In this document: in pieces, positions 1-9,013 of the stretch
Layout of the letters: the number at the start of each line of letters is the position of its first letter
Numbering within the stretch: the first letter of the stretch is position 1
Assembly: GCA_963745075.1 (NCBI GenBank)
Contig: CAVUWV010000024.1
Span: forward strand, 160,001 to 224,000
Length of the DNA stretch: 64,000 bases
Source: Candidatus Hydrogenedentota bacterium
Lineage (GTDB): Bacteria; Hydrogenedentota; Hydrogenedentia; Hydrogenedentales; SLHB01
Reading direction: 5' to 3'
Notes under the pieces: generated by a model
What the model was told of the DNA's origin: nothing
The model's input: only the letters and a program-made list of their open reading frames with translations
Database searches by the model: none
Made by a program: the position numbers and the translations under genes

Positions 1-1
1 G

Positions 2-247
2 AAGGAAATTAAAATCTTCGGGATCAAACGCGCGCTCAACGCTGAGGTGAAAGTCCTGAACGGATTCAGCGCCCACGCCGGACGCGGCGAACTCCTCGAA
101 TTCGGCGCACGGTTCAAGGATTGCGCGAAACAGGTGCTACTGGTCCACGGCGAAAACGAGTCCCTTGACGCATTGAAGAGCGGCCTCGAAGCCGGTGGTC
201 AGACGAATGTCTCGATCCAGCACGAGGGTGTTCCTTACGAACTGTAA
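2..247 (+). CDS. MBL-fold/beta-CASP metallo-hydrolase (RNA-processing type), C-terminal part only
   Basis: Frame is open from the window edge: EIKIFG...VLNGFSAHAG...VLLVHGE. FSAHA and LVHGE are typical beta-CASP C-terminal motifs. Confidence 0.85.
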   Translation, partial: KEIKIFGIKRALNAEVKVLNGFSAHAGRGELLEFGARFKDCAKQVLLVHGENESLDALKSGLEAGGQTNVSIQHEGVPYEL

Positions 248-413
248 GAGCGTGTTTCAAAAGTGGTCATCGCGCGATTTAACAGACGTGCGGAGAATGT
301 AGCGCAGACGCCCCCGCCTGCATTCTGTGGGGTTCTGTCTCAGGATTTGCAGGCGGGGGCGCCTGCCGTACATTCGTCACGCCTCGTCGATATCCCACTT
401 TTGAAACACACGC
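248..413. mobile_element. 166-bp MITE (IS5-family-like ends) containing an inverted REP pair
   Basis: 19-bp TIRs at 248-266 and 395-413 (17/19 match, core GTGTTTCAAAAGTGG perfect), flanked by TAA at 245-247 and 414-416. Inner 28-bp inverted pair at 295-322 / 348-375 (25/28). Confidence 0.75.
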
Positions 414-422
414 TAAGATATG

Positions 423-2267
423 TCAGAGGCGTATCGTCGCGCCCACGGCCGGCAGTTCAAAGGGGATGAGCCGATTGTCCTTCCACTGCAACCACAGCAG
501 GGAGGGGTCGTCCAGAGGCGCATCGAACCGGAAGGTCGCCTCGCCCGCAACACCGTTCGGCAGCATATCGGTAATTGTCACGGTCATTCCCTCCACATGG
601 ATGACATCGCCCAGCTCCAGCGGGTTGCTCGGGTCGCGCAGTACGGGGCGCGCCTCATAGCCTCCCTTCGGTCGAATCACGAGTGTATAGGCGTCAGACC
701 GGCGGACCTCCATGGGAATGGCCTCAAACCCAAACGATTCAGGGTTCGGCCCCAGACTTCTCACCCGCTTGGGTACGGGGCGTCCTTCCAGCGTATTCAG
801 GACCGGAAGATACATCGCATAAAAGTGGGAGGGAGCGTTCACAATGACGACCGTCTGCTCGCTCGCCTCGGGACCCAGCGGCGCGGTTCGGACGCAATCG
901 ACCACCTGCTGCATGATGGTTGGGCTGTATGCGCGAACGGGCAGCGCCACCGCCGCCACGACGCCATGGACTGCGATGAACCCAAACGCGAGCGGCAATG
1001 CAAAATGCCGCCACCGACGTCCGTGGGATCGAGTCTCGGCAAAGACCTCTTCGAGAAACTGTGCGATCAATGGAAACGCCCCAAGCCCCACAAAGAACAG
1101 GAGCCGATCCTGGGGAAGCGTTGAACACACAGGAATCATCGCCGCGGTCATACCAAACGCCCAGAACCACGCGGTCGCGCTCTTCCACAGGGCGGGCGTC
1201 ATGATGGCGGCGATTGCACTCAGAACCAATACGGCGACAATCCACATCCAGTGTTGACCCGCCGCCGACAGCCACACGTAGATGTCTGACGGGGGAAACG
1301 CCCATTGTCCCAGCAGGAGAAAAGGCCCCCGTTCGATGACCGCGCGAAGAAACTGCGTGGGTTCCCGGCCGGGGTCGATATACAGGCCGAGACCCCAGGC
1401 GCCGAATCCGAGCAGTTTATAGAAGAACTGCCAGGCCATCGCGATGACAACGTAGGGGGAAAGCGCAAGCAAGGCATTCTTACGCGCCACAATGCGTCGA
1501 ATCCAACCGTCTCCCAATAGCGGCGCTGCATCGCTTCGAATCGCGGGCTCCAGAAAAGCCGCATAAGCGAACAGGTAGGCGCATACCGCCAGCGATGCCT
1601 CCGCCGACAACATCGCCAACACGAACCATAGCGGAGCAAGCAAAGCTCCCCACGACGATTTGTCCCTGCGCCATTGGTCGTGCGCGATCAGGGTGAGGAT
1701 ACCGAAGAAGGCCGACGTGATGGCGTTCCGGTTTGCCAGCCATCCCACGGCCCACCCGTGAGCGTCGTCCAACGCGAAGAACAGGGCCGCCGCACCGGCC
1801 ACCCAGGCGGGCGTCATGAGTCGGCGGTACAAAACCGTTGCCGCCACCACCATGGCGCCGAACCACAACAGCGAATGGACGTGCATGAGAAACGGTGAAT
1901 TTGGCCAGACGACATAATCCGCCCAATGAGTCAGAACGCTCACAGGCCTCCACGGCTGCGTGCACGACTTGAGTTCGTGCCACCACGGAAACAGCCCATA
2001 ATCCAGAAATCGCTGCGTGCGCTCGGGGTTTCCGTCCACAAAGGTGAACTGATCCCAGAACGACCGGTACAGCCCCGGAAACCCCGGCCATCCGCGAATC
2101 ATCATGCGGTGCCAGTAATCGTCGAGCTGCCACCCCACCCACAACGACGGTAACGCCAGCAAAACCGCCAAAACGCTGAGTGCCCAGGGGAGTCGTGGAT
2201 GGCTTAACCACACGCGTAGCACGGAGGCGAGCAGCGTAGTGGAGGACTTCGATGCAGGGTCTTTCAC
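423..2267 (-). CDS. Polytopic membrane protein, GT-C/TMTC-like glycosyltransferase fold with extracytoplasmic C-terminal domain
   Basis: DDY after TM1, WRPVS (YRP-like) motif, many hydrophobic segments, WLANRN and DRLLF motifs. Confidence 0.6.
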   Translation of the reverse strand: MKDPASKSSTTLLASVLRVWLSHPRLPWALSVLAVLLALPSLWVGWQLDDYWHRMMIRGWPGFPGLYRSFWDQFTFVDGNPERTQRFLDYGLFPWWHELKSCTQPWRPVSVLTHWADYVVWPNSPFLMHVHSLLWFGAMVVAATVLYRRLMTPAWVAGAAALFFALDDAHGWAVGWLANRNAITSAFFGILTLIAHDQWRRDKSSWGALLAPLWFVLAMLSAEASLAVCAYLFAYAAFLEPAIRSDAAPLLGDGWIRRIVARKNALLALSPYVVIAMAWQFFYKLLGFGAWGLGLYIDPGREPTQFLRAVIERGPFLLLGQWAFPPSDIYVWLSAAGQHWMWIVAVLVLSAIAAIMTPALWKSATAWFWAFGMTAAMIPVCSTLPQDRLLFFVGLGAFPLIAQFLEEVFAETRSHGRRWRHFALPLAFGFIAVHGVVAAVALPVRAYSPTIMQQVVDCVRTAPLGPEASEQTVVIVNAPSHFYAMYLPVLNTLEGRPVPKRVRSLGPNPESFGFEAIPMEVRRSDAYTLVIRPKGGYEARPVLRDPSNPLELGDVIHVEGMTVTITDMLPNGVAGEATFRFDAPLDDPSLLWLQWKDNRLIPFELPAVGATIRL

Positions 2268-2298
2268 GGGACTAATTCAGGGTCGAGCCGGATGCCAT

Positions 2299-2919
2299 TC
2301 ATACCGTCGCGGGCCGTGGTCCGAGACGATGCCGAGCGGGAATCTCCGTCACCAGGGCCAGCATCCGATCGTGTTCACCGATTACAACTTTTCGCCGGCC
2401 ATACAACAAACTGCTTGCGTCGGTTGCCAGGAGAGATGCGATTTCCGCACCCGGCCGGAACGAAAAAAACGAATAGGGCTGATAACCGTGCACAACGGTC
2501 ATGTCCTTTAGGATTTTTCCGAATGGCTGGGACGCCTGTTCGATCGCCAGACGCACTGGATTCTCAAACCGGTCGAGGTGAATGTCGATCGCGCCCAACA
2601 GCAGCGGCGTCGGGTTTTCGACCGTGTGCAGCAGGACCAACCGCCGGTACACAGTCTCCGTGTGATGGACGGCCTCGACTTGAATCTTTATCGGCTGGCC
2701 GAACAGCGTTTCGAGCCGGGACGTCATGCTGAGGTCGTGATCGAAGAACGGTCCCACGTCGCCCGGCAGTTCTCCCGGTTCGACGGACGTAAACCCCGGT
2801 ACCGGCCACCCCTGCTTGGTAAACAGCTCGATTAAGGGCTCGTCCTGATATTGCGCCTGTGGCACAGACACGTGCAGCCATTCCTCCCGTTTGGCACCCA
2901 AAGTCCGGATACCGCTCAC
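2299..2919 (-). CDS. Chorismate pyruvate-lyase-like protein (UbiC/DUF98 fold)
   Basis: SMTSRLE...YRRLVLL...PFGKIL...YGRRKV...VTEI resembles the chorismate-lyase/UTRA pattern. Start uncertain. Confidence 0.6.
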   Translation of the reverse strand: MSGIRTLGAKREEWLHVSVPQAQYQDEPLIELFTKQGWPVPGFTSVEPGELPGDVGPFFDHDLSMTSRLETLFGQPIKIQVEAVHHTETVYRRLVLLHTVENPTPLLLGAIDIHLDRFENPVRLAIEQASQPFGKILKDMTVVHGYQPYSFFSFRPGAEIASLLATDASSLLYGRRKVVIGEHDRMLALVTEIPARHRLGPRPATV

Positions 2920-3119
2920 TTGGTGTCACCCAGTGTCCCGCAATCGCGGCCCCCTACCCGCGGGTATACCCCTGAGCCGCTTACCCTTAGTTCGCATTGT
3001 ACCCCAGCGCAAGGGACAGCGCAACGATTTTTCATCCATTTCCGAATACAACCCAGCACGTCCCGCGTTGCAGACCGTCCGCACTCCCGACCGTGAAGGT
3101 GCGGCAAAACGATTCAATC

Positions 3120-3148
3120 TTGACACAGCCCCCCGCCATTACTAGACT
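3120..3148 (+). promoter_or_regulatory. sigma70-type promoter for the CoA-ligase gene
   Basis: TTGACA (3120-3125), 17-nt spacer, TAGACT (3143-3148). A GC-rich inverted repeat (CCCCGC/GCGGGG) straddles the -10 box. Confidence 0.6.
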
Positions 3149-3248
3149 TGCGGGGGTGTTGCTGGGGTGCATTCACGCGATATCTTGGAGCGGTTCCCAA
3201 TTCGTTCCAATTCCCGTAAGTACAATGCAAGTCGAAGAAAGCGAGTGT

Positions 3249-4538
3249 ATGGCGACTACTGTCTATCCGGATCGTTCCGCAATCGAAGCCATCCAATTGG
3301 ACCAGTTGCGGACCCTCATCGGCGAATTGCTCCGCGGTAACGCATACTACGGCAAGATCCTGCGCGATGCGGGAATCACGGCGGATATCGCCAGCTTGCA
3401 AGCCTTTTCCGAAAAAATGCCGTTCAGCTTCAAACACCAACTCGTGGATGACCAGCGGAAGAATCCGCCCTTCGGCACGAACTTAACCTATCCCTTGGAA
3501 AACTATGTCCGTTTTAACCAGACCAGCGCCACGACCGGCAAGCCCATGCGCTGGCTCGATACGCCCGAGAGCTGGGGATGGATGTTGGGCAATTGGCGCC
3601 GGGTGTTCGAAGCCGCCGGCGTGACGAAGACCGACCACGTCTATTTCGCGTTTTCCTTCGGGCCGTTCTTGGGATTCTGGACGGCGTACGAGTCCGCGAC
3701 CTCCATGGGGTGCCTGTGCATTCCCGGCGGCGGGCTGAGCAGCCCCGCACGATTAACCGCTATCCTGGAGGACGAAGTCACTGTCTTATGCTGCACCCCC
3801 ACCTACGCGATCCGGCTCGCGGAAGTCGCGGCAGAAGAAGGGATCGACATTTCGTCATCCAAGGTACGGCGGATTATCGTGGCGGGCGAGCCCGGTGGAA
3901 GCATCCCCGGTACCCGTGCCCGGATTGAAGTGGCGTGGCCAGGCGCAAGCGTCTTCGACCACCACGGCATGACGGAAGTCGGGCCGGTAAGTTTCGAGTG
4001 CCCCAAACAGTCAGGCACGCTCCACGTCATCGAATCCAGCTACTACGCCGAGGTGATTGACCCGGAGAGCGGGCGGCCGGTCGAACCATATGGCACCGGA
4101 GAACTCGTGCTGACAACCCTGGGCCGTGCCGCTATGCCGCTGTTGCGCTACCGTACCGGCGATTTGGTCGTCTTGACGCCCGATCCACCCTGCGCCTGCG
4201 GCAGTTACGAGATGGCCTTGCCGGGTGGTATCCTTGCGCGCACCGACGATATGATCGTCGTCCGTGGCGTGAATATCTTCCCGACCGCCATCGAAGAGGT
4301 GATGCGCCGCTGCGAGGGTTTAGGGGATTATCGCGTCCTCATCCGGCAAAGCCGGGCCATGTCAGAACTCGAAATCGAAGTTGAGCCCGCGCCGGAATGC
4401 GCCGACTCAAAGGTCATGGTCGAACATTTGGAACACGCATTGCGCGACGTTTTCGCCATGCGGATTCCGGTCACGCTCGTGGAACGGGGCAGTCTGCCTC
4501 GTTTTGAAATGAAGGCCAAGCGGTGGATGAAAGTGTAA
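3249..4538 (+). CDS. paaK: Phenylacetate--CoA ligase family (aryl-CoA ligase)
   Basis: QTSATTGKP P-loop, AGEPGGS, DHHGMTE, RYRTGD, RTDDM, C-terminal KAKR. Start taken at ATG 3249. Confidence 0.85.
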   Translation: MATTVYPDRSAIEAIQLDQLRTLIGELLRGNAYYGKILRDAGITADIASLQAFSEKMPFSFKHQLVDDQRKNPPFGTNLTYPLENYVRFNQTSATTGKPMRWLDTPESWGWMLGNWRRVFEAAGVTKTDHVYFAFSFGPFLGFWTAYESATSMGCLCIPGGGLSSPARLTAILEDEVTVLCCTPTYAIRLAEVAAEEGIDISSSKVRRIIVAGEPGGSIPGTRARIEVAWPGASVFDHHGMTEVGPVSFECPKQSGTLHVIESSYYAEVIDPESGRPVEPYGTGELVLTTLGRAAMPLLRYRTGDLVVLTPDPPCACGSYEMALPGGILARTDDMIVVRGVNIFPTAIEEVMRRCEGLGDYRVLIRQSRAMSELEIEVEPAPECADSKVMVEHLEHALRDVFAMRIPVTLVERGSLPRFEMKAKRWMKV

Positions 4539-4610
4539 CGCCGCCGTTAGTGACGTGTAATGACAGATAGCAACCGACAGGTTTCCTGCGGTAGTGGGAA
4601 TTCGAATACG

Positions 4611-5534
4611 ATGTCCGATTCTGCAAAACGATTCGCCCTGAAAGAGAAGATTGCCCGTTTCATCATCCGGCGGTTTGTGCCCAAGGAAGTGGTGGATGCC
4701 GTCGAGTATGAATTGCAGTCCGGCATGTTCACCGAGCAGGGCGAAACCAAAGAGCTGCCGGAGCACGTCCTGATTGAAGATCGCGGATCGGATACGACGA
4801 TCTTTTCCTTCGCGGGCGGCGCCTTATTGTTTGCCGGTCAGCCCACCTTCGAGTTCCGCAAGCTACTCACGAAGCACGGCGACGACTTCAATCTCGTGTT
4901 CATGCGCGATATCCACCGGTTGGCCTATCACCTCCGTCCCGAAGGCGGTCCTGGCGGACTCGACTTCTACGAGAAGGAAGTCAATCGCGTGATGGATCAG
5001 CTCGGTTCCAAGCGCTACATTGCGTTGGGCGACTCGGTGGGCGGTTGCGCGGCGATCTATTACGGAACGCGATGCGGCATGGACCATGTCATCGCCATGA
5101 GTCCGCCGTGTCCCTTTTACGCCTACCTCGAACCTATGATGCAACTGAAGGCTTACACCGACTTGCCGCTCCTCTTTCGGAGTTGGGAGGAGTTCTATGA
5201 GGTCGCCTTCATCACCTTCGCCACGAACTTCGTAGACATGGCGGTCCGTCGTGTCGTCGGCGCCGAAGGGGTGTGGCGGTTGCCCGAGGTTTACCTCGAA
5301 GCCGAAAAACGGCCCACGGCCACAATCTTCTACGGCGCCCGGTGCCGGCCCGATACGCGCATCGCGAAGATGTATGAAGGTCAACCCGACGTGCGGTTAG
5401 TTCCGCTCGACACGGCGATGCACAACACCGGCGCCTGGATGAAAAAACGCGGGGAATTGGCGGATGCGATGATCGACGATGTCGGCGCGGCACTGGATCG
5501 GATGAATCAGTCCACGGCTACGATCGCGAAGTAG
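4611..5534 (+). CDS. Alpha/beta-hydrolase-fold hypothetical protein
   Basis: GDSVGG nucleophile elbow, downstream D (RPD) and H (MHN). Start at 4611 or 4560. Confidence 0.55.
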   Translation: MSDSAKRFALKEKIARFIIRRFVPKEVVDAVEYELQSGMFTEQGETKELPEHVLIEDRGSDTTIFSFAGGALLFAGQPTFEFRKLLTKHGDDFNLVFMRDIHRLAYHLRPEGGPGGLDFYEKEVNRVMDQLGSKRYIALGDSVGGCAAIYYGTRCGMDHVIAMSPPCPFYAYLEPMMQLKAYTDLPLLFRSWEEFYEVAFITFATNFVDMAVRRVVGAEGVWRLPEVYLEAEKRPTATIFYGARCRPDTRIAKMYEGQPDVRLVPLDTAMHNTGAWMKKRGELADAMIDDVGAALDRMNQSTATIAK

Positions 5535-7239
5535 ACTGCATCGCTCGGATACGCGCCAGCTTCTGCCCCGCGAGGCGTGCGCGCGCAAACATCCCGTAGT
5601 AGATTTCCCGGGTCGTCTTCGCCAGCAGCACGGCGTCGGCGCCTTCCAGATTGTCCCGTTCGAACCGCGCGATGGCGACCAGCGGCCTGCAAACGGGATG
5701 GACCTCGCCGAATAGCCGAATCTCCTCGTCCAACCGCATGAGGTCGGCCACCACCTGTTGCGCAAACTTCATGCTCCGGCCTTTTGTCAGAATATCGAGC
5801 AGCTTTTCCGTCACCTTGGCGCCTTGCTGGCACAGTTCGGCCAGCCGCGCCAGCGCATCGTCCGCTTGTTTCGCCAGCGGCTCAAAGTCTGCGTCGATTC
5901 CGTCGGCGTAACAGGCCAGCATGCGCTCCAGATACGTGCTTTCCGCGCGCTTGTTCGCCTTGCCCGACAGGTACTCGACCCACATCATGCGATACGCCAT
6001 CCGGAACAGATCGTTCGGTTGCATGGCGCGGCGTATCACGGGGTACCACTGAAGACAACCGTCCGCGGCGAAATCGGACCGAAAGATGTCGACGCTTTCC
6101 AATCCCGGTTCGTCCGGCAGCGTGGGGGGGACGTCGGAATCACGTTTGAGAAGCGCGATCTCCACCGCACGCAACACCTGGGCCGCGGTCATACCACGGT
6201 CCGCGCTAGCATGGTCGCCGCGGATATCGGAACGGCCCAACTGCGAACGCCGGCGTTCAATCGCGCAATGTCCCGCGCCGTACGGACCCGTTTCGCGAAA
6301 ATGCACGTATCCAACCAACGTCAGCACGAGCGGACACGCCACGGCGGCCGCGATGTGCATCGTTCCCGTGTCGTTTGTGACGAGCAGGTTGGCACGCTCG
6401 AGCAGCGCCGCCAGTTGCGGGATCGAGGTCTTTCCGAATAAATGCGCCGCCAAATTCGGGGCGTGGGTTTCGAAGGCCTGTCCCAAAGTCGCTTCCTCTG
6501 CAACACCGACCAAGGCGACCTTCGCCTGCCGCTGCTCGGTCAAGGCACGCGCCAACGCGGCGAACTGGGCTTCAGGCCAACGCTTGTCTCGATCCGAGGC
6601 GCCGAGTTGAAAGCACACCAGGAAATCCGAGTCTTGAACGCCATGTTCTGCGAGCAACGCGCGCGCGGCGACGCGATCCTCGTCCGTAACGTTCAGTACC
6701 AGCCCCGCCGACGGAGGTGGTTCCTCCAGAAAATATCGAAACATGTCGCACAGGTTCAGTTCATTCAGGTCCCGGTTCAGGATGTTTGTGAGAAAGCAGT
6801 TGGGGCCTCGCCCCCGGAACACGTACCGGAAATCGTCGCTCAAGTGAGCCCCAATTGCTTCTGGAATGCCCGCTAGTTTCAGGAAGATGGCGGAGGACAG
6901 GCTATGGGTGCAGTTGTACACAACGTCAAAGCGACGTTCGCGAATGCTGCGAATGTGTCCGTCGGCGGTCCGGTACGCATTCAGAAAACGATCCGAGTCC
7001 TCCGACTTCAAGTCGAGGTACATGTCGTCTTCTTCGTAGACGATGACCTCGTCGATATCCGGGTTGCACTCGGCGATAGCCTTGCCCATCTTGCGAACCA
7101 TCACGGCGAGATAGGCATTCGGATGAAGTTGCTTCAACGAACGGATCAACGGCGACGTCTGCAGCACGTCACCCATCCGGGTCATCTGCGCGACCAGGAT
7201 GCGCGACGATCGTGTATTTTGGGCGTGAGAATCAGGCAT
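5518..7239 (-). CDS. Glycosyltransferase family 9 (heptosyltransferase-like) with C-terminal helical extension
   Basis: TRMGDVLQTSP, GASDRDKRWP, VTNDTGTMHIAAA. Its ATG overlaps the upstream stop (ATGCCTGA). Confidence 0.88.
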   Translation of the reverse strand: MPDSHAQNTRSSRILVAQMTRMGDVLQTSPLIRSLKQLHPNAYLAVMVRKMGKAIAECNPDIDEVIVYEEDDMYLDLKSEDSDRFLNAYRTADGHIRSIRERRFDVVYNCTHSLSSAIFLKLAGIPEAIGAHLSDDFRYVFRGRGPNCFLTNILNRDLNELNLCDMFRYFLEEPPPSAGLVLNVTDEDRVAARALLAEHGVQDSDFLVCFQLGASDRDKRWPEAQFAALARALTEQRQAKVALVGVAEEATLGQAFETHAPNLAAHLFGKTSIPQLAALLERANLLVTNDTGTMHIAAAVACPLVLTLVGYVHFRETGPYGAGHCAIERRRSQLGRSDIRGDHASADRGMTAAQVLRAVEIALLKRDSDVPPTLPDEPGLESVDIFRSDFAADGCLQWYPVIRRAMQPNDLFRMAYRMMWVEYLSGKANKRAESTYLERMLACYADGIDADFEPLAKQADDALARLAELCQQGAKVTEKLLDILTKGRSMKFAQQVVADLMRLDEEIRLFGEVHPVCRPLVAIARFERDNLEGADAVLLAKTTREIYYGMFARARLAGQKLARIRAMQSTSRS

Positions 7240-9013
7240 CGTCGAACATGGCCAGCAGTTGTTCCGCCGACTTCCGCATTTCACGCAGATACGCGAAAAC
7301 ACCTTCCGGATACGACAAGGGCGTTCCGGTGAGCGGAATTCGCGCGTTAATGGTATCCTGCGTAAACGGTGTTTCGGCAGGCAGGCTTCGGAGGTATGCG
7401 CAAAGCTCATCGTCCTCCGGAACCTTCGCGGCAACTTCACCCACCGTTCGTTGCGCGCGCACGCCTTTACGCGCAATTCGATCCGCGTAGTGCGAAAGAA
7501 TGTAATCCAACATCTGTTTCGCACGATGTTCGTAGGTGTGCGCACTCAGGGCCTTCTTGCGGGCAGCCGAAGCGATTACTTCGCGCTTCTCGGGATGTGC
7601 GAGATAGTAATCGACCTTTTCCCGCAGCTCCGCCAGGCCCCGATACGTTGGAATTTCGCTGTTGGGATCGAACAACGACTCCAACCCTTGACAAGGATCG
7701 CAAAGTTGAAACCCCCCACAGGCCGCGATTTCGAAGACCCGAGGGTTGATCGCGTCGCACCGTGGATCGACGCTGTCGTGCGTTGCGCTCGAATGCAAAT
7801 TCAGATTGATCTTCGACCCCGCGACAATCTTCGCAAATTGCTCGGGACCGAACCGCTCATCGGGATCCTGCACCAGCAGCTGTAACTCGCGCGCGTGCCA
7901 CTCGACGCCCCAAATCTTGAAATCGTAATCCGTGAGACCGGCGAATAGGTGGTTGCGATTGTGATACCCCGCACCCGCGAACGAAAGGTCGCACCCGTAC
8001 GCCTTCCGGTCAGCATCCGAGAGCGTCACGGGGCGATGCACTTCCGGGTCGCAGCCGGTCTGCACGTACGCGTGCCGGCGGCAGCCGGTCTCTGAGAGCT
8101 TCTGTTCGAATTCGCCCGGCTGAATATGGAAGAAGTAGTCGTACTGCGTCGCAATGTCTTGCCAATACGTCATATGCCGCCAGTTTTCGACGAACCAGAA
8201 TGCGGTGACGATATCGTGTTTGCGCAGCCGCTCGGCCCACGTGTTCCCCACCGGCGCTTGAGCAAGCACGATACAGACATTCGGGTCGAACTCGCGCACG
8301 CGCGCGTAACTCCACTCGGACATAACATTGGCGATCATTCCGGATAGTTGGCCGCTCGCCCGTTTAGACGAGACGCTGTCCGTGACGGCTTCGTACAAGG
8401 GCCACCCTTGGCTGTTGTCGACAAAGAGCGCGCGGTGTCCCAGGCGCTTGAGTGCGTCGGCGAGGTACCGAGCGATCGGGAGCGAGCCGCCGTACAGCGG
8501 TCCTACCACCGCGACGCCCAAGCGTTGGTCCTGTAACCGGCAACGTGCCACGCGCGCCCGAATCTCATCGACGTACTGGGGGGACACGCGCGCCGTGGGC
8601 GGGTGCACGAGGATCTGCGGGTCCTTTGCGCCAAACGCGCGAAACCGCTCGTTGTCAGCGACGTCGGCCGCGGCACCGATGCCGAGGGGAATGTCGGAAT
8701 GAGCGAGTAGGCCGTCGACGGCGAGTTTCCCGACGCTCCGATCCGGCTCCACGGCCGCGACCTCGAACCCCTGTTCCGCCAGAACCAGCACGTGGTAGCC
8801 CAAACCCAATCCGACCACCAACACCGGCCGGTTTGGTTCCAAATCGGCAGATTCGATGAACCGTACCGCCTCCTCCACCGGCCGGTACTGACTGTGCAGT
8901 AACGTTCCGTCAACGCGAACCGTGGGCTCGCCAGCACGCCCCGCCAGGCGTTCGACCCCCTGGCGTATCTCGTGATCCGCGAGTTCTCGCGCCCACTCAG
9001 CTGCCACTTTCAT
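7232..9013 (-). CDS. CgeB-family glycosyltransferase with Maf-like N-terminal domain
   Basis: N-terminal LHSQYRP/GLGLGYH (Maf-like); C-terminal SKINLN...NPRVFEIAACGG...HTYEHR (Glyco_trans_1_2/CgeB). Confidence 0.8.
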   Translation of the reverse strand: MKVAAEWARELADHEIRQGVERLAGRAGEPTVRVDGTLLHSQYRPVEEAVRFIESADLEPNRPVLVVGLGLGYHVLVLAEQGFEVAAVEPDRSVGKLAVDGLLAHSDIPLGIGAAADVADNERFRAFGAKDPQILVHPPTARVSPQYVDEIRARVARCRLQDQRLGVAVVGPLYGGSLPIARYLADALKRLGHRALFVDNSQGWPLYEAVTDSVSSKRASGQLSGMIANVMSEWSYARVREFDPNVCIVLAQAPVGNTWAERLRKHDIVTAFWFVENWRHMTYWQDIATQYDYFFHIQPGEFEQKLSETGCRRHAYVQTGCDPEVHRPVTLSDADRKAYGCDLSFAGAGYHNRNHLFAGLTDYDFKIWGVEWHARELQLLVQDPDERFGPEQFAKIVAGSKINLNLHSSATHDSVDPRCDAINPRVFEIAACGGFQLCDPCQGLESLFDPNSEIPTYRGLAELREKVDYYLAHPEKREVIASAARKKALSAHTYEHRAKQMLDYILSHYADRIARKGVRAQRTVGEVAAKVPEDDELCAYLRSLPAETPFTQDTINARIPLTGTPLSYPEGVFAYLREMRKSAEQLLAMFDDA

